This document shows positions 24,599 through 35,527 of a stretch of DNA of 64,000 bases, one piece after another. Each line of letters begins with the position of its first letter. Positions within the stretch are counted from its first letter, which is position 1. The notes beneath the pieces are model-generated. The model saw only the letters and a program-made list of their open reading frames with translations, did no database searches and was not told where the DNA came from. Location: positions 161,200,001-161,264,000 of the forward strand of contig NC_042998.1 in the NCBI RefSeq assembly GCF_006345805.1. Reading direction: 5' to 3'. The translations under genes were made by a program, and so were the position numbers. Source of the stretch: Octopus sinensis. Taxonomy: Eukaryota.

Positions 24599-26335
24599 TT
24601 AATAGGATCTGGCAAACCACAGGACTGCATCAAGCTCGCTCTAATGTCAGCTTTGGCATGATTTCTAATGCCAACCACTTTATATCATGTATTGGGTACA
24701 TTTTTCATGCCACTGAGGCATGGGTGAGGTCACCAAGTAATTCAACGGGAGGAAGTAGCTTCATGCTTTAAAATGATATGAAATTTTGTTGTTACTCAAC
24801 TCTGAATGGAATTATCACATATGACTTGTTGGTTTAAAATGGTTGAGAAAGTTCTGTACAATTGTTTGAACTTCTAGAACTAACAACAAAATCACTCACA
24901 AATCACTCTCAGCTCTGTATAATGTAATACTGAATCCGAAATGGGTAAAAACAAATAATGTTCATGGATGCAATACTGGTCAAATACCTGCTGAACAGTG
25001 TCCCAATCAGTGACCATTCGCTGTGAATTACTTTCTCTTCCATGATGACTATGTGACATGTAGTTGACTAACATGTGTCATCACCTCAGCCAGATGTCTT
25101 CAGCAGCAGATGCAAAAAATTCAGGCCATCTCATCCCTTCTGAAGGAAGCTTTCTCTTTTCTTTCTTTTAAATAATGGAATATGTATGAACTTGTGTTTT
25201 CTGGTTGCTAATAACAAAGGTACCAAGGTATAAAAATACTACCCAAAATACAACTAATGAAGCACAAGAAAAATATAAATGCATCAACAGACCCTTTATA
25301 TGTTACACTGGTAGTGTGATATTCATGGGTGAGATGTGTAGAAGACTTATTTTGCAAACTTGTTTTATCTATACTACTGCGAAAAAACCAGGTATGAAAC
25401 TAATGAATCAATCTATATAAATGTGTGTGTGTGTGCATGCATTTAACACTCAAATCTATATCTTTGAAAATAAATATGGAAGCATAAATATATGTAAGAA
25501 TATACACAGATGGTTGTTCAAGTTTTCGCAACCAAAATTTAATAGTTTTGCTTAAATCTTAGATTGTTCTGTAATATATTGTAACTTTGTCCAAACTGGT
25601 CAAAACTCTTCATAAAAACGTATTTCTAAAGAATTTTTTTCTTTCTTTCCTTGCATAAATTGTATTGCGAGGTGTTCCACAAAGATAACAATTAAGCTGA
25701 ATATAACTGCAAACTGGCCTTATCAATCACACAGGGTATAACTGAAATTACTTTATTCTTGAAAAGTAAGTCATTATTTATGAGCTAGAATTATTATAGG
25801 TTGCCAAAATTAAGCCCCATTCACTATGTGAAAGATATGAACTTATTTCTTTATAAACTGAAAGCATTCTTTAATGAATACATTTCAAGCCACTTTTGTA
25901 CAAGCTAGCACTTGGACATCTATCTTGTCTATAATATATTTGTTCCATGTAAGACCTCTATTTTACAATTTATTAACATTCAGAAATTACAAAAATAAAA
26001 CAAAATACAAAACCTACTGTCCAATGATACACTCATATTTTACAATGGAACTGATATAGTGTTCTCTGTTTCAGAAACGAAGTGGCATTGTTTGTATTTA
26101 TTTATTTATTTATTTATTTATTTTTTAAATGTTTCAACTATTAACATCCTATTGTCATTTTATTGCACAATATTTCAATACATCTAAAACAGTTGTTTTA
26201 GTTTATAATTTTGTTTTATACCTAGAAATGGGTTAACAACTTTTGCACCAATATTTCTGTATTGAAAATCACACGTTTTGATTCGCCATATTTGCTTATC
26301 AAATGGCTAAACTTAGCTAACTATTTACCAGCACT

Positions 26336-26369
<34 letters not shown>

Positions 26370-26375
<6 letters not shown>

Positions 26376-26673
26376 ATCACGTGACCGACCAGACCATCAG
26401 ATGTTGTTACACATCGCTGGTCACAATGCGTTCGCATTGTTTTAGACTTCGAATGACGCCACCCTGCTGGCTAAGCGAGCAGGCCAACAGAAGAAAGAGT
26501 GGGAGAAAGAGTGGTGAAAGAGTACAGCAGTGATCACCACCCCCTGCCGGAGCGTCGTGAAGCTTTTAGGTGTTTTCGCTCAATAAACACTCACAACATC
26601 CGGTCTGGGAATCGAAACCGCGATCCTGTGACCGCGAGTCCGCTGCCTTAACCACTGGGCCATTGCGCCTCCA
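26370..26673 (-). mobile_element. Young tRNA-headed SINE (related to family D) with (TA)n tail
   Basis: Minus strand ggaggcgcaatggcccagtggttaaggc...gcggtttcgattccc; CpGs retained; shares gtgtttat...aaaacaccta with 13542-13844. Confidence 0.85.
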
Positions 26674-27010
26674 CATATATATGTATATACACACAAACAC
26701 ACACACACACACACATACACACATACCCACGAATGTACATACATACTAGATCTTTCAAGAGACCAATTGAGTAAACCTATCTATAATGGTTACTGGAAAC
26801 AGCTGTAAGCCAAATTTGCTATAATAAAGGAATTATATGTTATGACCATTATTTTAGCTTGTCTCTTATATATCACTCTGTAAAAACCAGTTTATCTGAA
26901 GCCCATCCACAGATTTACAATATAGAATTGTGATTAACCATACATACATATACACACATATACATATATATATATATGCATATGTATATATATATATATA
27001 TATATACATA

Positions 27011-27107
27011 TAAGGTTAATCCAAACGGGAAAACAGAAAAAACAACAACACGTGGAACAATTACAGTATTATTATTATTAGGCGCTCAGGAAAATGGAAG
27101 AAGGAGA
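27011..27107 (-). mobile_element. Short PLE terminal fragment between (TA)n tracts
   Basis: Shares ttcctgagcgcc.taata...aattgttc with the end of the PLE at 29673-29777. Confidence 0.6.
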
Positions 27108-27143
27108 TATATGCATATGTATATATATATGCATATGTATATA

Positions 27144-27199
<56 letters not shown>

Positions 27200-27204
<5 letters not shown>

Positions 27205-27405
27205 TTGTGCGTCTGTATTTGTCAAACCCACCATCACTTGACAACTGATGTTGGTGCACTTATGTCCCTGTAACTTAGCAGTTCAGCAAGAGATCAATGG
27301 AATAAGTATTAGGTTTGCAAAAATACGTCCTGGGGTCGATTTGTTTGACTAAAGGCAGTGCTCCAGCATGGCCACAGTTAAAATGACCGAAACAAGTAAA
27401 ATAAT
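27200..27405 (+). mobile_element. SINE family A, 3' half
   Basis: cacttgacaactgatgttggtg...ggggtcgatttgtttgactaaaggcagtgctccagcatggcc. Confidence 0.8.
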
Positions 27406-27545
27406 ATATATATATGTATATATATATATACAATTTATAAGTAAGTAAATTGTTTATAAATTTAACCTTTAAAGGTATTTTTTAATATGCTGGCCATTGA
27501 CAGAATTTTTTTCGAAAAATTCTATTCTATATTAGATGTTATATA

Positions 27546-27905
27546 GCAGGAGTGGCTGTGTGGTAAGTAGCTTGCTAACCAACCACATGGTTCCGGGTTC
27601 AGTCCCACTGCGTGGCATCTTGGGCAAGTGTCTTCTGCTGTAGCCCCGGGCTGACCAATGCCTTGTGAGTGGATTTGGTAGACGGAAACTGAAAGAAGCC
27701 TGTCGTATATATGTATATATATATATGTATGTGTGTGTGTGTGTTTGTGTGCCTGTGTTTGTCCCCCTAGCATTGCTTGACAACCGATGCTGGTGTGTTT
27801 ACGTCCCCGTCACTTAGCGGTTCGGCAAAAGAGACCGATAGAATAAGTACTGAGCTTACAAAGAATAAGTCAAATGACTGAAACAAGTAAAAGAGTAAAA
27901 GAGTA
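27546..27905 (+). mobile_element. SINE family A, young copy with internal deletion (duplicated at 28670-29027)
   Basis: CpG-rich. gaataagtc joins directly to aaatgactg, lacking the ctggggtcgat...gcagtc block present in other copies. Confidence 0.88.
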
Positions 27906-28025
27906 TATATATATATATTAATATATATATATATATGTATGTATGTATGTATATGTGTGTGAGTGTGTGTGTGTGTATACATTATTTACAGTTGACAGAT
28001 ATTTGTCCTCATCTTGTTTTTTGTT

Positions 28026-28068
28026 AACACGTTTTGGCTGATATACCCTCCAGCCTTCTTCAGGTGTC
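28026..28068 (-). ncRNA. Degenerate minimal type-I hammerhead motif
   Basis: GACAC-CTGAAGA-A-GGCTG(gagggtatat)CAGCC-AAAAC-GTGTT. Stem II is perfect, G12 reads A, and the cleavage triplet is missing. Confidence 0.55.
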
Positions 28069-28228
28069 TTGGGAAAATTTCGAACCTGGGTTCTCATTCC
28101 TAAGGCATTTTTCGATGTTATTATCATTATTATTCAGGTCACATATGCCCAATGACATATGGCACTGAGGTTAAGAGCACGGGCTGCTAACCCCAAAATT
28201 CTGAGTTTGATTCCAGACAGTGACCTGT

Positions 28229-28262
<34 letters not shown>

Positions 28263-28335
28263 GAAGAAGAAGAAGAAGAAGAATAGCATCGAAAAATACC
28301 TTAGGAATGAGAATGCAGGTTTGAAATTTCCCCAA

Positions 28336-28381
28336 GACACTTGATGAAGGCTGGATGGTATATCAGCAAAAACATTGTGTT
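28336..28381 (+). ncRNA. Degenerate minimal type-I hammerhead motif
   Basis: GACAC-TTGATGA-A-GGCTG(gatggtatat)CAGCA-AAAAC-ATT-GTGTT. The stem layout fits, but core positions C3, G12 and 16.2 are mutated. Confidence 0.55.
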
Positions 28382-28478
28382 AACAATAAACAACTTGAGG
28401 ACAAATATTTGTCAAATGTAAATAATGTAAATAATGTAAATAATGTACATAATTCCTTATCTTTTAAATATAGAACTG

Positions 28479-28542
<64 letters not shown>

Positions 28543-29347
28543 TATATATATATACAATTTATAAGTAAGTAAATTGTTTATAAATTTAACCTTTAAAGGT
28601 ATTTTTTAATATGCTGGCCATTGACAGAATTTTTTTCGAAAAATTCTATTCTATATTAGATGTTATATAGCAGGAGTGGCTGTGTGGTAAGTAGCTTGCT
28701 AACCAACCACATGGTTCCGGGTTCAGTCCCACTGCGTGGCATCTTGGGCAAGTGTCTTCTGCTGTAGCCCCGGGCTGACCAATGCCTTGTGAGTGGATTT
28801 GGTAGACGGAAACTGAAAGAAGCCTGTCGTATATATGTATATATATATATGTATGTGTGTGTGTGTGTTTGTGTGCCTGTGTTTGTCCCCCTAGCATTGC
28901 TTGACAACCGATGCTGGTGTGTTTACGTCCCCGTCACTTAGCGGTTCGGCAAAAGAGACCGATAGAATAAGTACTGAGCTTACAAAGAATAGTCAAATGA
29001 CTGAAACAAGTAAAAGAGTAAAAGAGTATATATATATATAATATATATATATATATGTATGTATGTATGTATATGTGTGTGAGTGTGTGTGTGTGTATAC
29101 ATTATTTACAGTTGACAGATATTTGTCCTCATCTTGTTTTTTGTTAACACGTTTTGGCTGATATACCCTCCAGCCTTCTTCAGGTGTCTTGGGAAAATTT
29201 CGAACCTGGGTTCTCATTCCTAAGGCATTTTTCGATGTTTTATCATTATTATTCAGGTCACATATGCCCAATGACATATGGCACTGAGGTTAAGAGCACG
29301 GGCTGCTAACCCCAAAATTCTGAGTTTGATTCCAGACAGTGACCTGT

Positions 29348-29384
<37 letters not shown>

Positions 29385-29600
29385 GAAGAAGAAGAAGAAG
29401 AAGAATAGCATCGAAAAATACCTTAGGAATGAGAATGCAGGTTTGAAATTTCCCCAAGACACTTGATGAAGGCTGGATGGTATATCAGCAAAAACATTGT
29501 GTTAACAATAAACAACTTGAGGACAAATATTTGTCAAATGTAAATAATGTAAATAATGTAAATAATGTACATAATTCCTTATCTTTTAAATATAGAACTG

Positions 29601-29672
<72 letters not shown>

Positions 29673-29675
<3 letters not shown>

Positions 29676-31151
29676 CGAGAAGCTTTATGAAAATAAACAA
29701 AAGACGAAGGCAGGTGGAAAACAAACGAACAATTGTATTAGTATGGCGCTCAGGAAATATAAATAAAACAAGTCTTTAACGTTTCGAGCCTACGCTCTTC
29801 AACAGAAAGATACACAGAGAGAGAAAAACACAGAAAGAAGGAGAGAAAAAAAATGCGTGCAGTAGCTAACGAATCAACATGGCGATCTGATTTCGGCCAG
29901 AGGTCAAAGATCAAACATGAGACGCGAGAGCGAAATAAGGGGAGATAATAGGGTTGATAAAAGGGTTGAGGGACCAGCTAAAAGTGCGTGGGAGGGGTCT
30001 GGATGTGTGTATGTATAGGGTTGGTGTATGTATTAGTATGTATAAGGGTGTGTGTGTGTGTGTGTGTGGTGTGTGTGTGTGTGGTGTGTGTGTATGAGAG
30101 AGTATTAGTGCGTAGGATTGGTCTGGACGTGCGTATGTATGGGGTTGGTGTATGTATTAGTATGTATTAGTATGTATTAGTACGTATTGGTATGTATAGG
30201 TGTGTGTGTGTGTGAGAGAGTATAAGTGCGTATGCGGGGTCTGGACGTGTGTATGTATAGGGTTGGTGTAAGTATTAGTATGTACTAGTATGTATTAGTA
30301 CGTATTAGTATGTATTAGTTGGTGTGTGTATTAGTATGGCACATCATATGTGATGTGATGTGTAAAGTCATGTGGTGTAGTGAGGAGAAGAGGGGGAGGG
30401 GGAGAAGAGGGGGGAGAGAAGGGGAGGGAAAGAAGAGGGGGAGGAGAAGGGGGAAGAGAGAGGATGGGGGAGAAGGAAGGGGAGAGAGGGAGCAGAGGGA
30501 AGGGGAAGAGGGAGGAGAAAGAGGGAAGAAGGGAAGGGGAAGAGGGGGAGGAGAAGGGGGAAGAGGAGAGGATGGGGGAGAAGGAAGGGGAGAGAGGGAG
30601 CAGAGGGAAGGGGAAGAGGGAGGGAGAAAGAGGGAAGAAGGGAAGGGGAGTAGGGGTGAAAGGATGAAGGACTGAAGAAGTAGGGGTCGGGGGGAGAAAG
30701 GATAGGTGAGGAGGAGGGGAGGGGGGTAGATGAGGAGGGGGGGAGAGTTGAGACCAAATGGCGTATAAGAGTGAAGAGAGAAGATTAATTCCTGTTCACG
30801 GCGCAAACGGGAATCCGGATGGCCTCTGTGTAAGGACAAACCGAACACAGATAGGTGTTGCAAGGAGTGACCGGTGGAGCGGAAATGGCGTGAGACCGGT
30901 GTGTCATTCGCAAGGTGGATGTCACGAAGGTGTTCCGCGAACCGGTCAGCCAAGCGGCGTCCCGTTTGTCCGATGTACAAGGAATTGCAGAGAGAGCAAG
31001 AGATGCAATAGATAATATTGCTGGAGGTGCAGGTGAAGGAGTGGATGATGGGATAGGGTCGATGGTGGGTGCTAGTGAGGCGGGTGGTGTTGGAGAGGTA
31101 AGGGCAAGTGCGGCAACGTGGGCGGGAGCAGGGGAACGAGCCGGGTTGGGA
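29673..31151 (-). mobile_element. 5'-truncated Penelope-like element (Neptune-type Cys linker) flanked by (TA)n
   Basis: GIY-YIG frame at 31148-30747, low-complexity 3' region at 30745-29990, terminal segment with hammerhead motif, and (TA)n on both sides. Confidence 0.9.
29773..29810 (-). ncRNA. Minimal type-I hammerhead ribozyme, variant core CUGUUGA
   Basis: UCUUU-CUGUUGA-A-GAGC(GUAG)GCUC-GAAAC-GUU-AAAGA: 5-bp stem I, 4-bp stem II, palindromic ACGU in place of stem III. Confidence 0.75.
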
Positions 31152-31163
31152 GATATATATATA
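30315..31163 (-). CDS. PLE ORF remnant: Cys-rich linker plus GIY-YIG endonuclease (no RT, no native start)
   Basis: Uninterrupted frame QPGSFPCSRPRCRTCPYL...FTCTSSNIIYCISCSLCNSLYIGQTGRRLADRFAEHLRDI...VSRHF...EQELIFSLHSYTPFGLN, then read-through of pyrimidine-rich repeats. Confidence 0.85.
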   Translation of the reverse strand, partial: YIYISQPGSFPCSRPRCRTCPYLSNTTRLTSTHHRPYPIIHSFTCTSSNIIYCISCSLCNSLYIGQTGRRLADRFAEHLRDIHLANDTPVSRHFRSTGHSLQHLSVFGLSLHRGHPDSRLRREQELIFSLHSYTPFGLNSPPLLIYPPPLLLTYPFSPRPLLLQSFILSPLLPFPSSLFLPPSSPSLCSLSPLPSPPSSPLPPSPPPLPLPFFPLSPPSSPSLCSLSPLPSPPSSLFPLLLPLFFPSPSLPPLLPLPLFSSLHHMTLHITSHMMCHTNTHTN

Positions 31164-31924
31164 TCACTCTCTCTCTCTCTCTCTCTCTTTCTCTCTGGCC
31201 AAGTAACCATGTACCTCCTCTACAGCAAAACACCAGTTTCTGCTTCTGTCTCTCCATCATACTCAAACCTTTCATCATCTGACACAAGATCACCTCTTCC
31301 AATGCTCTCTGTCCTCTCAAAGTATCTTCATCTTGCAAGTTACTTGGTGACCCTGCCAGTTTTCCATCTCATGCATTCCTCGATATTACTGCTTGTATTC
31401 AAGAGAAGTGTTTCCTTAAGGCTGCTTGACTGGTTAGGAATGGCAGCAAAATTTCCCTTCAATCCTATTCAACTATCATAAAAGTCTGGTGAACAATATT
31501 GAATAATTTAACTCTAAATACACAATACCTGAAGTAAGGATAAATGAAAACATAAGTGTTTGTAGTAGTGTCAGATTTAGACTTGGTAAGGCCCTAAACT
31601 ATAGAAATATCATGGCCCACATTTAAAAAAATATCCATACAAGAACATCTCCCAAGAATAGAAAACATACAGGTCTTTTAATTATTTTCAGGCCTTTAAA
31701 GATAATGATGCCCTAAGCTGTAGCTTGTTTGGTTTAAATCCATCACTTATTAACAGCTTGACTGCCTTTGATAATAGGTATGATCAGTACATGTTTCAAG
31801 CTCTGCAGTACAATTCATTTTGCTAGACATACCAGTGGAATCTCCTTTGATTCATGCCATACAATTAAAAAAAACAAAAATATATTGGATAAACATAAGT
31901 GTGGGAATTAAATTTGCATAAGGA

Positions 31925-32090
31925 GTGCAATCAACTCCAGTGTTTCACTGGTACTTAATTTATTGAGCCTGAATGGATGTAAAGAAAAGTCAATCTCAGT
32001 TTAATTTGAAATCAGAACATAAAGACGGACGAAATACTACTAACTATGTTACCTGGCTTCCTAATGATTCTGCCAGCTTGCCATCTTAAA
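31925..32090 (-). mobile_element. SINE family B, degraded
   Basis: caatcaactccagtgtttcactggtacttaatttattgagcctg...ctgccagcttgcc is the reverse complement of family B. Confidence 0.7.
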
Positions 32091-32096
32091 CACAAG

Positions 32097-32134
<38 letters not shown>

Positions 32135-32427
32135 GAGCACCCAGAGAGCGCAAACCTCCACCAAGGCAACACGAATGTTCTCTCAACAATTAGCCAGAGA
32201 TGATTTTTAAAATGAGAATATTTGAAATAAACTCAACTGCTCTCATAAATGAGAATACTAAGAATGAACCTGACCACTCCTAAAAATTAAGCAAAAAAAA
32301 ACAGGAAAAATAATCCAGAATCCTTGTCTGGTACCAGATCGATCCCAAAATCTAATCAGTTTGTGCCAGTCATGAGGCCAAACATCCCTAAAAGTTTCAT
32401 CCAGATCCATCTAGATCCATCCAGTAT
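32135..32427 (-). mobile_element. Non-autonomous Helitron/Helentron-like element
   Basis: Minus-strand end ccttggtggaggtttgcgctctctgggtgctctt; internal gatgaaactttt...gattagattttgggatcgatc. Classification comes from recall. Confidence 0.55.
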
Positions 32428-32431
32428 ATAT

Positions 32432-32775
32432 ATATATACGAGCAAAATGCCCGTTCAATGGATGGTGCTTAAATATAGTGCATTTTGCAGCACTATTTCA
32501 AGCCAGCTGGGGTTTTTTGTGCGAACTGCACGTGCATTTTTCTTGTGTACGTGTAGTATCAATCGCAACAGCTGATGTACTTGCGCATACAAATGCACGT
32601 TCCCACGGCTTTATCGATCGCATTCTCACCTGGAATCGATTTTTGTAATTTTTTCAAGACTTGCCCTGATACCGTTGGTATCTAAATATCAAATTTGAGA
32701 GCAATCGGATGGAGGATGCCTGAGATCCTAGAAGACATACACACAGACAAACAGAACGGATTTTATATAACAGAT
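32432..32775 (-). mobile_element. Non-autonomous Helitron-like element
   Basis: Minus strand begins TCtgttatataaaatcc...gtttgtctgtgtgtatgt and ends with a hairpin-like ccattgaacgg followed by CTCGT. Confidence 0.6.
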
Positions 32776-32783
32776 ATACATAT

Positions 32784-32820
<37 letters not shown>

Positions 32821-32828
<8 letters not shown>

Positions 32829-32955
32829 AGATGCTAAATCGTCTAACCACATAAAATATTTTCACTTATATTATTACACCACGTATCGAAATGAGGAAAG
32901 TAAGCTAACAGAAATTCATAAAAATATAGTTATCCCCGAATTGGTTCCGATCATA

Positions 32956-32993
<38 letters not shown>

Positions 32994-33146
32994 AGATGCT
33001 AAATCGTCTAACCACATAAAATATTTTCACTTATATTATTACACCACGTATCGAAATGAGGAAAGTAAGCTAACAGAAATTCATAAAAATATAGTTATCC
33101 CCGAATTGGTTCCGATCATATATTTATATATATATATATATATATG
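32821..33146. repeat. Perfect tandem duplication of a ~165-bp unit, each copy ending in (TA)n
   Basis: tgaaatatagatgctaaatcg...ggttccgatcatatattt is identical at 32821 and 32986. Confidence 0.95.
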
Positions 33147-33282
33147 TAGGGCATCCAGCCATAGAAACATTGCCAGATCAGACTGGGCCTGGTGCAGCCT
33201 TCTGGCTTCCCAGACCCCAGTTGAAGCGTCCAACCCATGCTAGCATGGAAAGCAGACGCTAAACGATAAACGATGATGATAA
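33147..33282 (+). repeat. RTE-type 3' tail
   Basis: agggcatccagccatagaaac...ccaacccatgctagcatggaaagcagacgctaaacgat. Confidence 0.75.
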
Positions 33283-33294
33283 ATGCGACAAGAT

Positions 33295-33415
33295 TCTTTG
33301 TTTCTTTCTACCAAATTCACTCACAAGACTTTTGTTGGCCCAGGGTTACAGTAGAAGATGCTACACAGTGAGACTGAACCTGAAACCATGTGGTTAGGAA
33401 GAAAATTCCTTTCTA
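33295..33415 (-). mobile_element. SINE family A, 5' half
   Basis: tctaccaaattcactcacaagac...ctgaaaccatgtggttagg. Confidence 0.7.
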
Positions 33416-33689
33416 CATAACCACACCTGAAGTTCTGTATGCATATATATTCTCTTCTTTATGTAAGTATGTCTGTATATGTATATGTGCCTGTTTATAT
33501 GTATATGTATAATTCAAAAGCTTCATTATAACATAACACACACACATCTCACACAAACACTCACACATGCACACATGCACGAACACATACACACACATGT
33601 ATGTGTGAGTGTGTTTGTGTATGCATACATTCATACATACATGCATGCATATATATATATGTATATAAACATTGACTTTGATTCTATTT

Positions 33690-34720
33690 GTATAGTGTTC
33701 TTAGATGAATGGTTGATGAGCATAATAATGGCGACGATGATGATGAGTTGTGAGAAGATAATGATGACAATGTCAGTTGCAGTAACAATAAATGTATATT
33801 GATAACAATAGCAAAAGAGCAATGGTAAATATTTTTGACAGGAACTATATTGATGGTTATTATGATAAAGATGATTCAATGATATTGACAATGATAGCAG
33901 TGATGGTGATGATGATGATGAGGACGACGACGATGACGACGACGATGACATCAACAATGAAGATGACAGCAATGACGGGGGTGGAGATGGTGTATCAGTG
34001 GTGGTGTTGATCAAGGTGATTGTGGTGAGGGTAGCAGTTGTAATAGTGGTATTGAAGATGATGATGATGTTTAGGATGATGATCATGCTGGTGATGTTGG
34101 AAATCAAGGGGAAGATGGAGATAGTGGTAGTGATGGTGGTGTGGTGATGGTTGTATTGCTACGAGCTGGCAGAAACGTTAGCACGCTGGGTGAAATGCGT
34201 AGCGGTATTTCGTCTGCGTTACGTTGTGAGTTCAAATTCCGCTGGGGTTGACTTTGCCTTTCATCCTTTCGGGGTCAATAAATTAAGTACCAGTTACGCA
34301 CTGGGGTCGATGTAATTGACTTAATACCTATGTCTGTCCTTGTTTGTCCCCTCTATGTTTAGCCCCTTGTGAGTAATAAAGAAATATGTATTGCTAATGA
34401 TGATACTGATTTTGATCATGTCAATCGTTATGGTGATGATGATGATTATGATGAAGATTATGATAATGATGATTATGATGTTGGTAGTAATGATAAAGAA
34501 AATAATGAAGACAATGATGATGGGGGGAGTACTGATGACAAAATTGAAAATAATGCTGCTGCTGCTGCAGATGATGATGATGATGATGATGACAATATTG
34601 ACTATGACAACAACAACAACAATGATGATGATGATCATCATCATCATCATTATCATAATGACGATGAAGTTGATGATGAATATATTGTCGATGACATATG
34701 ATGATCAAAGCAATGAAGGT
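33690..34720. repeat. ~1-kb degenerate (GAT)n/(AAT)n tract interrupted by a SINE
   Basis: Seen directly; it explains the stacked ORFs at 33631-34750. Confidence 0.9.
34158..34385 (+). mobile_element. SINE family B, best-preserved copy
   Basis: gctacgagctggcagaaacgttagcacg...gagttcaaattcc...gactttgcctttcatcctttcggggtcaataaattaagtaccagt...aataaagaaata. Confidence 0.88.
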
Positions 34721-34867
34721 AATTGTTACATGAATTGATTTTAAGTTCATTTATCGTTTTCATATATAGAAATTTACATTAAGAAAATGATATATTTGTT
34801 CTGAATACAGACATATATGCAAACACGTGTATGTGTATGTATGTGTATATGTGTATATGTGTATATG

Positions 34868-34914
<47 letters not shown>

Positions 34915-35010
34915 GTATGTATATATCATCAATAATACATGTATCTTTATATATGTATAATCTATCTATTTGTCTATCTATCTGACTACATATATATGTG
35001 TGTGTGTAAG

Positions 35011-35095
<85 letters not shown>

Positions 35096-35102
35096 ATACA
35101 TA

Positions 35103-35179
<77 letters not shown>

Positions 35180-35464
35180 GTGTGTATGTATGTATGTAAT
35201 GCAGACATGTGTGTCTGTGTGTATGTGCATGATGTACATACATTCACACAGACATACACACACATACATGTGTATAGATATATTTATACATTTCTTCAGA
35301 GGCACATGCACACTGAGATTTTTAAACTGTTAAATGATATAAGCATACAGACAGATTTGGCAAAAATTTGATGAAGCGACAATACAAAAGGGGTGGAGGA
35401 GCTGACATGAAGAGATGTTGAAAGATAGAGACAGAAGACAGACAGATAGATAGACAGAGGAAAG

Positions 35465-35465
<1 letters not shown>

Positions 35466-35525
<60 letters not shown>
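35466..35525. repeat. (GA)n microsatellite
   Basis: Seen directly. Confidence 0.95.

Positions 35526-35527
<2 letters not shown>

Larger units (their letters stand above)
27978..28449. mobile_element. Head-to-head fold-back of a tRNA-headed element with HHR-like tail (duplicated at 29098-29571)
   Basis: Arms 27978-28142 and 28220-28429 are reverse complements. The tRNA-like core at 28155-28225 has GGG-CTGCTAA-CCC and gagtttgattcc. The terminal tgtaaataa 9-mer is repeated. Confidence 0.85.
27431..29602 (+). repeat. Near-identical tandem duplication of a ~1.12-kb unit bounded by (TA)n
   Basis: 27431-28480 repeats at 28555-29602. The visible differences are two 1-bp indels and microsatellite length changes. 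Confidence 0.97.

Noticed and set aside
24892-25150. Protein-like minus-strand frames ending at a gtgagt donor
   Set aside because: Weak acceptors, in-frame stops between the segments and no recognisable homology.
28155-28225. tRNA-Ser(GCT) gene
   Set aside because: No acceptor stem or serine variable arm, a poor T stem, and embedded in a repeat; treated as a SINE head.
30319-31481. ORFs 30319-30675, 30368-30757, 30380-30667, 30758-31015, 30785-31210, 30915-31481 and 31072-31338
   Set aside because: Antisense or alternative frames of the PLE remnant and its low-complexity region.
33631-34750. Stacked D/M/I/H-rich ORFs
   Set aside because: Degenerate trinucleotide tract interrupted by a SINE.
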